Assembly: GCA_004431415.1 (NCBI GenBank)
Contig: QPMI01000416.1
Location: forward strand, 682,001-746,000
Direction: 5' to 3'
Length of the DNA stretch: 64,000 nucleotides
Origin: Cyanophora paradoxa CCMP329
Taxonomy: Eukaryota; Plantae; Glaucophyta
Shown piece after piece: positions 1 through 12,800 of this stretch; the first letter of the stretch is position 1, and each line of letters opens with the position of its first letter. A program made the translations under genes and the position numbers. The notes under the pieces are model-generated. The model was not told where the DNA came from, did no database searches, and was given only the letters and a program-made list of their open reading frames with translations.

Positions 1-3000
1 AGAGCTGCGGCAGCGGATGTTGGGCTACCCATGAATGCGAAGGCAGCGTCTAATATTATATGATACTGGTTTCGCGAGAGGGGCGCCAATTTTCACGCGG
101 TTCGAATTCCCGAGACGTACCCCTCAATGAAGTCTCGAGTAGGGCCAGAGTAGTACACGGCCACCTGAGCAGGGGCTTAGTACGGCCGCGGGCTGCAGAA
201 TGCCATATCTAATTCCGGACAACGTAAACGCACTTGGGCGAGGGAGCGGCGAGTGCCGGACCCGTAGATGAGAGCCTCGTGCTTTGCAATGAAGCTGTAC
301 GCCTGCGCAGCAGTGGCGGCAACGTTAACGAGTTAAAGTTAAATCAAGTCAAGAAAAATCATTGCTAGCCGAAAAAGCGGCCTCAACATTCAACGGCCAT
401 TTAATTAATTATACCCAAGTCGAGAAAAGGCGGTCGAAGCAGAAATGTTTAATGTGCGCACCTGCCGGCGGAAGGCGGACCCGATGCCGCCGTCCTTCGC
501 CGGAGCCTTCGTCTCGTACGGATTGTTGCCGGCTGGCGGTGCCGATTTTAATTTGCAATTGAATGAAAAATTCGCGAGCCTCTTGCAAGCGCACCGGCAA
601 TCACTTCCGCCATCACAGCGGCAGCGTCGTCCGTCTGGAGGCCCGAGCTGCGAAATTCGCAGTGAGCTCTCGCTAAATACATTTCCTCGGCTCAGCGCAG
701 TGTGCACGCGTCGCCTCGCGCACCTGTACGCCCACGAGGGCTTGGCGGGGTGCATGGCGCCGCGGGCGTACTTGCACATGGCGATGAAGCCGACCCAGTC
801 GTCCTCCGTGGCTTGCCTGTGGGGCCGGGAAGCGTGAGTTTGCGGGAAATTTCCGGAATATTTAATCCGACGGCATCGACGAACCGGAATCCCGTGTTGA
901 AGTTGACCCACACGATCTCGTAGATCGGCGACAGACCGAAGGACCGCGAAAGGTACGATACGTCGAGGCCTGCGTTCGTAGGACGAAGTTATGCGTCTTC
1001 GATCTTAGGCAGGAGAAGCGGGGCTGGTCGAGAGCTAACGCACCTTCGTCGGTGGCGATCGCGGCGTCCAGGATCCAGACCTGTGGGATGGTGACGAAGT
1101 CCGACCGGACGCTCTTCCCGGCGCTCGCGAGCTGCGCATGCACGAATGAGTCGCACCGACGTTGTGCGCGTTTGCTGCAAGCTCAGTTAACGCACGGCTT
1201 CGATGAAGTTCTTGAGGTTCTTGTGCCTGTGCGCGGACGTTTAGTTCCTGTAGCTAAAGAACTCCATCGAGGAAAAGGTGCAGGGAATTAAGCGAAAATG
1301 TACAAGCTACCTCCAGCTGACCCAGCGCCGGAAGACCGGATCCGCCATGTTGACTGTGGCGGGCACGTCCAACCCCGTCGCAGCTTTGAAAGCCGCCCGG
1401 CCTGCGCAGAGTTTAAACCCGTTTAAAAAATTCTCTCCAAAAAGTAATGCAGTTGCTCGATAACGGACCCGCAGGCTCCGTGCCGCAGAACTGATTGATC
1501 GAGGCCCAATAGAGTGGCACCTGCGTATAGAATCGTGAGCATAAAGCTGGTATTTCAGGGTATGATATAGAATATAGAACATAGAGTAAAAGCGAGTAAA
1601 ACCTGGAACAGCACGCACATCGAGCCTGCACATTGCGCGCGCAAAGATAAAGGCGCCACGTTAGACGCTGACGCAAACAGAAGCTCGCTAGGAGGGCAGC
1701 TATTAGGCACCACACGGCGTCGGCGCCGCTCTCGGCGAGGGCGCGGATGCGGCGCTGCTGGTACTGCTTGATCCCCGAGTTGGGGCTCATCCACGCCGAG
1801 CCGAGCGTCCCCTCCAGCCACCACACCTCCGAGGGAAGAGCTTGTGCGCCGCGCGTGAGCATCCGAAAGGCACCACCGCAAAAATGTCGAGCCGCATGCA
1901 CATGGGGCGCACCAACATTATTCACGTTTTGCCGAGGGACCGATCCATCGCTTGGCCGCGACCAGCACTTCTGGACCTGCGCACGGCATGCACGAGTGTC
2001 ACGTGTCACGAAAGCGAGCGGGCGCAAGCGGTAGATATGCGATCGTGAGCTCAAGGAATGTTAACGGCTGTGTGCGATCGCACGCTATGTGATTCTACGG
2101 CTCTTCGCAACGCACCCAGTCGCTGTAGACCTGGTCGAAGCGCACGCCGACCTCCGCCGTTGAGACGAGCTCCAGCGACGTGAAGTAGAACACGGACTGC
2201 GGCGGGTGCAGGCGTAAAGGGATGCTAGAAAATCTTGAAATAAAAAAGGTGCTTGAAATCTTGGAAAAGCATGCTAGAAAATCTTGGAATAAAAGGATGC
2301 TAGATGCTTGGAAATGCTAGATGCTAAAAGGATGGGCACAGGTGTAAAGTTGAATTTTGAGCTGCTAGAAATTAAAGGGGGGCGGATCGCGATGATCCTA
2401 CCTGGAGGCCCTTGGCGCGGACGAGGGCGGTCACGCGCCGGACGTTCGGAATGTACGCGTCGAACAGCGCGTCGGTCATGCGGCTGAAGCCCACGTCTGC
2501 GGCGGGCAGCGACCCGTTCAGCGATGCTCGGATCCGGAAATGGGATCCTTTTGCCGCGCTTGCTGAGAGCTCCGAGAGAACCGTCTATATATAACTAGAA
2601 AGGCTTAAAAGCTTGCGGATGGGCTCTCTTTTAGAGCTCCTCGGTTTGCGTTCTAAGGTGCAAGCTAACGTCTGAACCCAAGGCATGAACCCCACGTCTG
2701 CGGCGGGCCGGGCCGGGCAAGCCGTGGTCGGAATTATAATTAGGCTATTCTAGAATAGTTTTTACAACGCTTGCGTAGAAGAAACTCACCGAACTCGACG
2801 ACAGTAACGCCGTCAGCTTTCATCGCCTGCGCGAATGATATGAAATGGATCAGATCTGGATATTGTTTTCAGGGCCTTCGTAGACACGAACATCGAGTCT
2901 AGAGTTAATCGTCGCGTCGCTCGCGAAGGGGTCGAAGTCGACGAAGAGGCCGACGCGGGCGCTGTGGGCCCAGGCCGGAATCCCGAAGCCGTCAGCGGGA

Positions 3001-6000
3001 ACGGGCGGAAGTGCCGTCGTCTGCGGCGGCGGCGGCGGCGGAGGCGGCGGCGGCGGAGGCGGCGGTGCTGTCCCGGCCTGCCCGGCGGTCGTGAACTCGA
3101 CCTGGAGCTCGTCCAGGCACAGATCGGCATTCTGGTTGCCTGCGAATTCGACGCACGTATTTTGAATATAATATATACTGGCACGTTTAATGCGCAAAAC
3201 GTTTTTGTTGCGCACTGCCAGCTTCCATGCGGATGGTAATCTGGCGAGTGGCCGGGTCCACGAAGCGCGAAGCCGGGGCCGGAGCGGTGAGCGCCCGGCG
3301 GATCCAGAGCCTGCAAGATGCAGATGTGGATGAGGATTACTGAAGGAAGACATTGTGACGTGCATAATTTGCGCTGACAGCGGATCTAGATGTGACTCGA
3401 GTTTTTATGGATCGCACCAGGACGGGTGCGCATCGTTCGTGCCCAGCTGAACGAAACTGCCCGTCGTCACATCGCGCGCGAGCCAGGCCCAGGTGACGAA
3501 CGTCGCGGCGTGCCCTGATCGTGAACATCAAATTCGCGAACTCATCGGAGTTTTTGAAATTCACGGGCGCACCGCGGACGCGGATAACGACAGTCAGCGG
3601 GAGCGACAGGTCGACGTTATCAGGGACAGGGACGGCGAAGTCTGTCACTGATTTTCCGGCGCCGGACCCGTCGACGCGGGACGAGAACTCGATGTAGTCC
3701 GCCCAGCAGTCGTCCTCGCTGTTCTCGCGGCAGACGGCGGACTGCGTGCCGAGGACTGCGAGGTCCTGGTTCGAGAAGCCGCCCTGCGCAGGTTCGAAAC
3801 GGAGTGCGCATCAGCAGCACATAAAGGAGGGAAACTACTCCGCAGCTGCGAGGCGCACCGAGATTGGCCTCATCGAGGACGGGCCGACACGGATCGCATT
3901 GCCTTGAGCGGGAGGAGGGGCTGGAATCGGAACGGCGTTTTAGGGTTGTATTCATATCAAGACAGCGCTCATTGTTTATCAGGCGTTGGGTCGGACGATC
4001 GCGAGCGCACGGGTAGGGGGGGTGGACTGGGTGGGCGGAGGCGGCGGTGGCGAGCCCGACGATGAGCTCGACGGCGAGAGCTCCACTTGCAGCACGTCTA
4101 GAAGCAAGTCGGCTGGGTTCACAGGGCCTGCAGCGTCGGGATGTGTACTGTCAATATATATCGCAGCGTCCGAATTCGAATCCCATCAGGGGCCGTGCAG
4201 GTATATATAATTACATCCGCACCGTAAATGCTGGCTATCGCCTGCTGGCGGATAGTGATCTGACGGGTCGCGGGATCGACGTAGCGCAAAGCTGGCGGGG
4301 GCAGAGTCATAGACCGCCGGAACCAGAGCCTGCCGCAAAAAAACCCGGATTAATCAAATTCAGGCCAGGCTGAGGGGCGGCCGCAGGCTGTGCACCAGGA
4401 CGGGTGGACGTCGTTGAGGCCCAGCCGCACGAAGCTGCCCGTCGACGCGTCGCGCACGAGCCACTCCCAGCCCGCGAAATCGGCGGCGTGCCCTGCCGGC
4501 ATGAAATGAACGAGGCATGACGATTGCAATTGACCGCAAGTCGCATTTTCGGAGAACAGTTGAAGATCTAGAGTTGATAATAATTGTAATCTCGGGGACG
4601 CACCGCGGACGCGAATGATCACCGTCAGACCAGACGCAGAGAGGCTCGACAGGTCGACGGAGGAGGGCAGAGTGAAAACGAAATCGACGACCGAGAGGCC
4701 GGCGCCATCGGTGCGGGAGGCGAACGAGATGTAGTCCGCCCAGCAGTCGTCGTTGCTGTTCTCGCGGCAGACGGCGGACTGCGAGTCAAGGACGGCGACG
4801 TCCGGATCCTGAGTCGAGACGCCGCCCTGCGCATGCGCGAATCCGAGTTTTAGGGCGCGCAGTCGCATATATCTATATCTATATCATTTTAGGCGGCGTG
4901 CATTCGAGGGCGGTTTATGATTATATGACACGCGTGCAATGAAAGGCGCACCGAGATTGGCCTCATCGAGGACGGGCCGAAGCGGATCGCATTGCCTTGA
5001 CTGGGAGGAGGGGCTGAAATCGCGACGAAATTTAAGGATTGTGCATACATTTGGCCACTGCAGTCGAATCGTGCAGCGCACTGGTGGGGGGCGTGGACTG
5101 GGTGGGCGGAGGCGGCGGTGGCGAGCCCGACGATGAGCCCGACGGCCAGAGCTCCACTTGCAGCACGTCGAGCAGCAAATCGGCTGGGTTCACAATGCCT
5201 GTCGCGTTGATGTGCTTGCGATCAATTCCGCGCGAGCGCAGTGTCCGAATGCCATCAGCCCCCGTGTCAATATGCGCACCGAAAGTGCTAGCGATTGCCT
5301 GCTGGCGAATAATTATCTGACGGGTCATGGTGTCGACAAAGCGCGAAGCCGGCGCGGGCAGAGTCATAGACCGCCGGAACCAGAGCCTGCCGCGAAAATG
5401 CATATTCAGTATCGCCCACAAAGGAGTGCGGATTAATTCAGGCCAGGCGGATCATTAGGGGCGGCCGCGGGCTCGGTGCCGCGCATGCCGCACCAGGTCG
5501 GGTGGACGTCGTTAAGGCCCAGCTGCACGAAGCTGCCAGTCGACGCGTCGCGCACGAGCCACTCCCAGCCCGCGAAATCGGCAGCGTGCCCTGCGCGCAC
5601 GCGATCAAGATTATTATATACAATTATACGAACGTCAGCGAAATTTCGAAACTTTGCAGAACAGTCGAGCACGCGCATTGAATATTCAGCAGGATCTTAT
5701 AATTAGCCAAAGAACGTCGACCCACCGCGGACGCGAATGATCACCGTCAGACCAGACGCAGAGAGGGCCGACACGTCGACGTTCGAGGGCAGGTCAAAGG
5801 CGAAATCGACCACCGAGAGGCCGGCGCCGTCGGTGCGGGAGGCGATCGAGATGTAGTCGGGCCAGCAGTCGTCGTTGCTATTCTCGCGGCAGACGGCGGA
5901 TTGCGAGCCGAGGACAGCGACGTCCGGATTCTGAGTCGAGACGCCGCCCTGCGCATGCAGTACGCGCAAGCACATGCATATGTCAACTTAACATCAGCGC

Positions 6001-6534
6001 GAAAACCACCGTTGAGCAAGCGCTGACGAGGGCGGGGGGACGGGGCTAGCGCCAATCACGCTAAAATCAGCTGCAGCAACGGACCGACACGACTGACATG
6101 CGGGCCGGAGACAGACGGATAGGCGCTTCAGCTCCGGTGTTTGATGCTGTCTGCAGCAGCGCCCGAAAACGAGGCTGTAGATCTACGCAAATAAAACATG
6201 CATATATGCATATGGCGTCAGGCGGCCGGCGGAAGACATTCCAAATTCGAAGCCTATATAGCTATAGCTACAGCTATGCATATATATGGCCACGCGGCGG
6301 GGCCCGGGGTTGCGCACCCGCTTCGTGCGCATGCGCATACGCCGATGTAGAGTAGATATCCGCAGGCACGTGGATAAACGGGTCGACGGCGGCAGCATAC
6401 GTATACGTCTGGATCGCGGGCGCTTCGCCGGCCGCAGCGAAAGCGGAAGCTGCGCATGCATATGCGAGGGCAAGCGCGAGCGCTAGCGCGCCTAGGCAGC
6501 GCGTGCGCCGAGCGCGAGCAATGCGCGCATGCAT
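1..6534 (-). CDS. Multi-exon secreted glycoside-hydrolase-like protein: signal peptide, 3 tandem ~160-aa modules with Pro linkers, GHL6/GH42-like TIM barrel, then a trimerisation-like domain. The 3' end runs off the window.
   Basis: Exons joined by eye at GT/AG sites: MHARIARARRTRCLGALALALALAYACAASAFA (signal); 3x [DCWxDY...TVIIRVRG|...WEWLVRD...LGLNDVHPxW|LW...RQ|...ADLLLDVLQVE]; WAHSARVG..., DAYIPNVRRVTALVRAKGLQ, SVFYFTSLE...YSDW, SAWMSPNSGIKQYQQRRIRALAESGADAVW, AAFKAATGLDVPATVNMADPVFRRWVSWR, NPYETKAP, AYSFIAKHE, VAVYYSGPTRD. The family call rests on motif resemblance only. Confidence 0.65.
3050..5950 (-). repeat. Three diverged intragenic module repeats (~5950-5080, ~4830-4010, ~3785-3050)
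   Basis: Recurring exon sequences such as cagcagtcgtc..tgttctcgcggcagacggcgga, gagccactcccagcccgcgaaatcgg, cagagtcatagaccgccggaaccagagcc and ggtgggcggaggcggcggtggcgagcccgacgatgagc. Confidence 0.85.
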
Positions 6535-7493
6535 GCCGGCGCGCGTCGGTATCGTGTCGGTAAGATGATCCGGGATATCGATCCTAGGCCTGGCCTCAGT
6601 TTGCTCTTGCAGTTGCAAGTTGCACGAACTGATTACGATCGATATCTTGAAAACTGGTTTTTGAGAGCTGGGCCAGCTGCAGGCTGCCACGTGCACGTGT
6701 AATAGTACTACGTAAACTACGTCGTGTAGACCCCTCCGCGAAAACCACATTCGACCTGGCAATTATAGTTCAAGCTGTATAAATATAAATGATTACATAG
6801 CATTGTATTCAATGATTCACCTGTATTCATTTCATCTGTACGTAATCAAAGCCCTAAGCCTGTAGCTATAGCCGGCTCCGACTCGAGGCAAGGCGCGGGG
6901 CCCGGGGCAAGTTCAATCTTCAAGCAAAGAAACTCTGAACGATTCGCTTTGCAATCGCGGCGCCGGCCGCCGGCCGCGCTACGGCGGGCCCTCCGGGGAC
7001 GGAGAGTTCGCCCCTTCGAGAATTCCAGGAGTCCTCAGGGAGGGCGAATCATTGAATCTGAAGGGCTCTGTTGCCGCGAATCTGACCATTTTTTATCTAA
7101 GCTCAAAGCGGCTTGTTTTTTTTAGGTGGCCATGGGCCCGGGGGGCCGTCTTCACGAAAGCAAGCTTAGCTTAAGCGGCTCCGACTCGGCGATGCTTGCG
7201 AGCTTCCTGATCCGATAATGATCTTTTTAATTTTGCACAGCTATTAGAACCCCCGGCACAGCGCCCAGAAGCAAACCTCGAATAATTATAATTACATGCT
7301 GATCAATACGACTATGAATCAAGAGTGCTTTCGCACATGGGCAGATGGGGCGGGCCGGCTGCGGAGCCCCGGCCCGCCCCGGCACCCGCGCCATCAGCGC
7401 TGGATCGGGGGCAGGGCGATGAGAGTCTTGGAGTCTATCACAATACTGTTCTGAGCATAATAATACTGTTAACGTTCTGAGCAGAAGGCGCCA

Positions 7494-9721
7494 TCAGCGC
7501 TGGATCGGGGGCAGTGCGATGTTGCGTAGGGAGGAGCGGAAGGCGGCGACGGAGGCCGAGGCGATGGAGACCTTCTTGAGGGCCGCCGGCGGCACGTCCG
7601 AGGCCTTCTGGAGCGTCGACGAGATCGCCCGCAGCAGCGCCCTGCAGGGCGGTCAGCTTGTGGGTGTGGGGTTTTGGGGGGGGGAGGGGGGGGGAAGAGG
7701 GGGAGCGGAGGGAGCGGGGGGCGGGGGAGGGGGGCAATGGCGGGGGTCGGGCAGCTGGAAACAGAAGCGCGAGGTGAGGCGGGACGAGCCCATTTTAGCT
7801 TGCAAGAATTTCCGAGGCGGATGGGGCAACGCGTGGTCCAGCCGAGGGGCGCTCTTAAGCTTCCCGGGGGGCAAATTAAACGCTCTTTTTTAAGCTTCGA
7901 ATTCCCGAGGGGCAAATTAAAAGCTCTCTCAAGCTTCTCTCTAGATATAAAGCTTCGCAAGGGGCAAATTAAACGAGAGGGGAGAGGGCGGCACCGGCTC
8001 TGGCCCTCGGCCTTGGCGAGGTCCCTGAGCGCCTCCACCGCCGCCGGGCGCACCAGGATCCCGGCCAGCCGCTCGTTCCCCGCCCCCACCGTCCCCGACG
8101 CGTACTGCGAACGAAGTTGGGGGGGTAGGGGGTAGGGGTAGGGGGGTAGGGGGGTAGGCCCGCGCACGTGCTCGAGGCCGCAGCGGGCCCAGCCGTCGCG
8201 CAGCGCGGGGCGGCCCCGGATCGCCAGGCCCACGATCTGGGCGGCGGTACCCCGGTAAGACGGGGGGAAGACGGGGGATGGGGGTACGGGGAACGCACGA
8301 ACTCGTCCTTGGACGTGCTCGCGATCTCGAGAAGCGCCTGCACCGCCGCGAATTTGACGTCTGGGGGTACGCGTTCAGAACGCGGGAGGAAGTAAGGGAA
8401 GAAGGGGTACGCTTTAAGAGCGCACAGCAGTCGGGCGAGCCGTCGGCTACGAGCTGCAGGGCCGCCAGCGCGCCCGAGTCGCCCCGCGCGAGCGGGAGCA
8501 GCTTCTCGATCGCCGCCACCTGTACCCCCGCCCGCCGCTTCAGACGACGTACCCCTCTCGACCCGAGAAATCCGGTAACCCCCTCCCGCGCACCTTGATG
8601 TAGGAGCACGAGGCCGGCGCCGACTCCGCCGCCGCTGCGATGGCCTCCGCCTCCTCCCCCGTGCTGCGCCCGTACCCCTCCCTTGAGCCCGGGGTACGAA
8701 AAGGCCGGGGGGGGGGGTAAAGCACGCCTCGGGGCCGGCATGGAGACGAGGCGGAGCACGGACGCCATCTCGTCGTCGCTCATCGTCAGGACGGCCCTAG
8801 AGCGATAGCGGGGGCATCAGTGTCCGATCCGAGGCGGGAGGCGGGGGGGAGAGGGAGGCGGGGGTACCGGATACAGCCGATCCCGTACACGACGGCGAGG
8901 TCGGTGTTCGAGTCGAGGTCGAGGAGGGTACGCAGGAGCGCCAGCCACCGCACCCGCCGCTCGGCGTACTACGGGAGAGGGGGTAAGGGTACGGGCCGGC
9001 CGGGAGGGCCGCCTTGGGGGGGGGGTACGCGCCTGCTCGGGGACGGCGCCGGCGCGGGCGAAGGAGGCGACGAGGCCCTTCAGCATTCCGTAGAGGGAAA
9101 TGCAGACGGCCCGGAGGCCCTCCTTGTTCTCGGCGAGCTGCGGGGCGAGGCTGCTCGAAGGCCGCGAGGCGAGGCTCGAAGGGCGGGGCGGGGCGGGGCG
9201 GGGCGGGGCGGGGCGGGACCAGCGGGAGGAACTCGAGGAGGGCCGCCGACATCGCGTCGATTAGGGCGAACGTCTCCGGCACGCCCCGCGCCCCGCGCTG
9301 CGCCTCCGAAGCGAACTGGCGTCGACGTCGCGGGCGCGGACGTAAGCGGGCGCGGCGCTGGGTGAGGAAGGAGGGATGGCGCACGTCCTCGCAGGCGTGC
9401 TTGAAGACCTTCATGGAGCGCGGCGTGCCCTTCTTCAGAAGCATCCGCAGCAGGTCCACGGAGAAGAAGTCGCCGGCCGGCGGGGGCGCCGCCACCGCCT
9501 CCGGCGCGAAGCAGTTGAACGTGAGCGACTTCGGCAGGAAGCGCCGCATCCTGAGGGCCCGACGCTGCTGCTGGCACGCCGCCGAAAGCGATCGAACTGG
9601 ATCAGCCTAGAACACTGGCAGCGGTGACGGGACACGGGTCCGGCGAGGAGATGCTACAGCACGGCTGTTAGAGCTCGTCTGATGACAGAAATGATCTCGC
9701 GGTCGCTCAGCCGGGCGCCAT
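7494..9721 (-). CDS. Multi-exon hypothetical protein, Ala/Leu-rich and probably helical; start uncertain
   Basis: Short exons with coding-like bias between C-rich introns (MRRFLPKSLTFNCFAPE...DLLRMLLKKG..., AVLTMSDDEMASVLRLVS, VAAIEKLLPLARGD..., last exon ALLRAISSTLQK...LPPIQR*). No family recognised. Confidence 0.5.
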
Positions 9722-9892
9722 CTTGGTTCCAAGCGAAAAGTGCTCGGCGGAGCGCTCGATAAGCTGGCCGGCGACCACAAACGGCTTCTCGGGGTCTCGC
9801 TCGATCTTTCAGTCGCTCTCGAGTCGGGTGCCTGGGCTGTGGCGGCCGGTTCGACAGCGGAAGGGGGTACGGCCGTAAAGTGAGCTCACGAA

Positions 9893-12800
9893 ATGGCGCT
9901 CGCTGCGGCGGTCCAACGCGAGTTGCGCTCGGAAGACAAGACGCTGATCGTGCGCCACACACGACCGCACGCCTGCACGGCCCGCCTTGACCGGTCGGGC
10001 TGCTGACTTGATTGCTGACCGGGCGGCCGCCGCCCCCGCAGGCGCGCGATTTCGTGAGGACGGCTAATGGTGCACGTACAAATGTCGTCCTCTCCGTCGT
10101 CGCCCACCCCTACAAGGCGGCCGGCGCGGTCGAGCACGCGTACGAACCCCGCGCCCCGCGCCGTGCGCCGTGGAGCGTGCGTTACGCCGGTCATTGAAGT
10201 TCAATCCTTTCCACTCGCAGCGTCTTCATGTTCACGCGCAACCTCTTCGGCCGGCTGCGGCTCGGCGGTGTCTTCTGCATCACTGGCGACTTCTTCCTGA
10301 CGGTCACGGGCGCGCGGCGTCCCGGCGCTCCTCGCGTATCTTCTCATTCTTAGCGGCGGGGACGGGCCCGGGGGACCGCAGGCGAGCGCGAGTGCGAGCT
10401 GCACTTCTCGGCGGAGAGCGTCCTGCAGGTCGAGGCGCAGAGCGGCGAGGCCCTCAACTCGTTCATTGAGGCCGTCGCCCTCGCCGAGGACTCCGCCAGT
10501 GCGCCGTTCGGCGTACCCTGCCGCGGCCGTCCCGACCGGGTACCCCGCAGAGTCGGCCCGCCCGCCGCCGGGCGTGCAGCCCTTCGGGTGGCTCGCCCCC
10601 TACCTTCCCGCGGCCGTACCACGCCAGGACCGCCGTGCGGTCTCCGACGACGAGGTACCCCCCCACGCCCCTTCCATCTTCTCCCCCATGACGCCCCCCT
10701 CCAGGGCGGCGCCGCCGCTGGGGCCGGCTCGGCCGACGACATCGACGCGCTGAGCGCCTGCCTGCAGCGCGTAACGCCGTCCCCGTCCCCTTCGTCCTCC
10801 GAGGCCGGCGCGGCGCCCGGCCCGGCCCCGTCCCCCTCCCCGCCCCCCGCCATGCTCCTCGATTCACGCAAGATCGTACGGGCGCGTACCCGCCTTCCCC
10901 TCTCGTGCATACCGCCCGCCTGAGGCGGGGTACAGGCACGCGAGGCGTGGGTACGGCGGCAGATGAAGGCGCGCGAGGCCGAGTACACGGACTACGTACC
11001 CCTCCGGTCCGCCCCCTTGCCCTCTACCCCCCTGCAGCACCTCCGCCTCCGAGCCCTGTGGGGGTACGCAGAATCGCGTGCTGCACGTGGAACGTGAACG
11101 GGCGTCCCCCCCCTGAGGATCTGGGGGACTGGGTCGACCCCGCGGGGGGCTACGACGTCGTTGCCGTCGGGTGCGCGCGGCCGTACCCCGCCAGGCTTTC
11201 CCCCCCTTTCCCGCCACATTAACGCGCTGCCCGCTCCCCCGCAGCTTCCAGGAGATCGTTCCCCTCGTGAGCCCGCCCGCCGCCAACTAAGTACCCCTCT
11301 GAACAACGAACGAACGCGTACCCCCCACGCCAGAACGCGAACTCGGTGCTGTGGGGCGAGGTCAGCCCGGAGGTGACCGGGCCCTGGGAGCGCCGCATCG
11401 CCGATCGCCTCGCCTCCGCCGGCGGCCGCTACGCCCAGGCGCGCCTTTCATTTCAAAAACACCTAGGGCTCTTGATGAATCAACATTAGAATCTACCAAA
11501 ATTAAAACACCTAGAGCTCTGGAGGAATCAACACTATTTAAATTCCACCTATGCGGCGCGCCACGCCGCCCGCCTTCCTCCCCCCCCCCCTTCCGCTCAC
11601 TTCGTTCGCAGGTGGCCTCGCGGCAGCTCGTGGGGGTACACCTCGTCGTCTTCGTCAAGCAGGCGCGCGCCGCTCCCCCCGCTGCCTCCTCCCTCCCTCC
11701 CTCTCCAAATCTCCTGAATCAGCGTACCCCCAGGACCTGGTGGATTCGGGGGCGGCGAAGGCGACCGGCCTCGACGCCGCCGGCGTCGGCGTCATGGGCG
11801 TCCTGGTACCCCTCTTACCCCCCGCCCCCCCTTTCCCCTGTTTGCCTCATCTGAGGCTTCGTCTACCCCGCCCCCTCTCTTCCCCCCGCAGGGCAACAAG
11901 GGCGGCGTCGGCTGCCGCCTCCTGCTCCACGATTCGGCCTTCCACTTCGTGCGCATCTGCTGCGACATCCATCGCTTCGTTCTTTCGCGCGTACCCCTGA
12001 CATAGATCCCGGGGGGTACGCAGATCACGGCGCACCTTTCAGCGCACGACGCGAACGTCGAGCGCCGCAACTACGACCAGCGCGAGATCCTTCGACGGTA
12101 CCCCCGCGAGATCAACCCCCCCCCCCCCCATCCATCACCTGCCGACCCGGGTACGCAGCCTGAACTTCGGGGGCCCTCCCCCCGCCGAGCCGATCGGCGC
12201 CCTCGACTGCGAGTCCGTCTACCCCCCCCCCGACCCCCAAATCCCGTACCCTCGCCTGAACCCGACGCCGTACCCCCCGCCCAGCGCCCTGTTCGTTTTC
12301 GGTGACCTGAACTACCGAATCGCCCTCTCCCCCGCCCTCATGCTCTCCGACGTCGAGGTGGGTACCCCCCTGCGAGCCTGCCCCCCCCCCCCCCCTTCTC
12401 GAGACGTCCCCGCAGGCCTGCCTCAAATCCGGCTCATGGTCCAAGATGCTGGCGGCGGATCAGGTACCCCTCCCCTCCCCTCCGGTCCAAATCTCTACCC
12501 CTCCCCTCTTCATCTGAGCCGAGCGCTTGCAGCTGATGACCGAGATGCGGGCCGGGCGCTCCTTCGAGGGCTTCGAGGAGGGTACGCCCGCTTCGCCTCA
12601 CCCCTTCCTTCCCCTCTCCTGTACCCCTGCCATCCCCTTCTACTAGGCTTCTAGCCGCCGCTCTAGCCGCCTCTTCAACGCTCTAGCCCAGTGCCGATAG
12701 ACAAGTGCCCCCTCTAGTGGCCACGCGGAGCGCCTAGCGTCGTGCCCTCCGCTGTCATTTCCAGAGCGCTTAGTCTCCGCTTCTCCTGGGCACGCGCGGC

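Noticed and set aside
2220-2340. Small intronic repeats (gatgctagaaaatcttg here; ggggcaaattaaa x3 at ~7867-7973; a 48-bp pair at ~11455-11540; a 25-bp repeat at 7389/7489)
   Set aside because: Ordinary local slippage duplications with no further structure.
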